A DNA stretch of 64,000 nucleotides from Octopus bimaculoides (taxonomy: Eukaryota), in NCBI RefSeq assembly GCF_001194135.2, contig NC_068983.1, positions 87,288,857 to 87,352,856 on the forward strand, given 5' to 3'. The notes below the pieces were generated by a model. That model searched no databases and was not told where the DNA came from. It was given only the letters and a program-made list of their open reading frames with translations. A program made the translations under genes and the position numbers. This document shows positions 63,623 through 64,000 of this stretch, in pieces; the stretch's first letter is position 1; each line of letters opens with the position of its first letter.

Positions 63623-63874
63623 GCTGGCCTTGTGCCAAAATTAGAAACCAATAGCATAACAATCAAGATTCGAAAACATGCAATTTCCTGGCTGTCGTAG
63701 GTATATATATTTATTTTACGTTTCAGTCATTCGGCAATAATTAAGTCACCTTTAGTACGTTCTCCATTACTTTAATGTTAATGACACCACTTTCTTCTAA
63801 GTTTACTGACACCTGAATACTATGAAACATATTTCATAACATAATTAATTATTGGCTTAATATAAAATTGTATG

Positions 63875-64000
63875 GATCTATTTTAAAACGGGGGCGCCAG
63901 TATTTTCTTAACGAAACACTAACGAAACACTTTGAAACTTGGGACACTGGTAGAATGTCATATAAAACATCTTTTACTCTTAGTCTTCTTAACAAAAAAA
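63875..64000. mobile_element. MITE (family of 26342-26890), cut by the window end
   Basis: ggatctattttaaaacgggggc start and aacgaaacactttgaaacttgggacactggtagaatg body. Confidence 0.8.

Overview
AT-rich, repeat-dense animal genomic DNA, most likely Octopus (inferred from the SINE families; three N-gaps). Two convergent protein-coding genes are supported. (1) The last two coding exons of a PTCD2-like mitochondrial PPR gene on + (539-652, 5648-5896). (2) A complete MTHFR coding sequence on - in nine exons (50124 to 7037, 1881 nt, 626 aa plus stop, all introns GT-AG and in phase), with one 32-kb intron (9907-41964). The rest is mostly decayed transposons: mariner, pogo, hAT (carrying a nested Gypsy LTR-integrase-LTR remnant and a CUB-like coding fragment), MITEs, Tx1/L1, CR1, RTE, CRE, HERO/NeSL-like and Penelope retroelements, and several tRNA-derived SINE families. 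Leading observations: a probable Tx1 LINE/SINE partner pair that shares a 3' tail and inserts at (ATT)n tracts; divergent regulatory features in MTHFR; a fold-back MITE with a telomeric-repeat core; and a twin-priming-like inversion in a Penelope element. Everything was read by eye with no database searches, so element boundaries without TIRs or TSDs are approximate.
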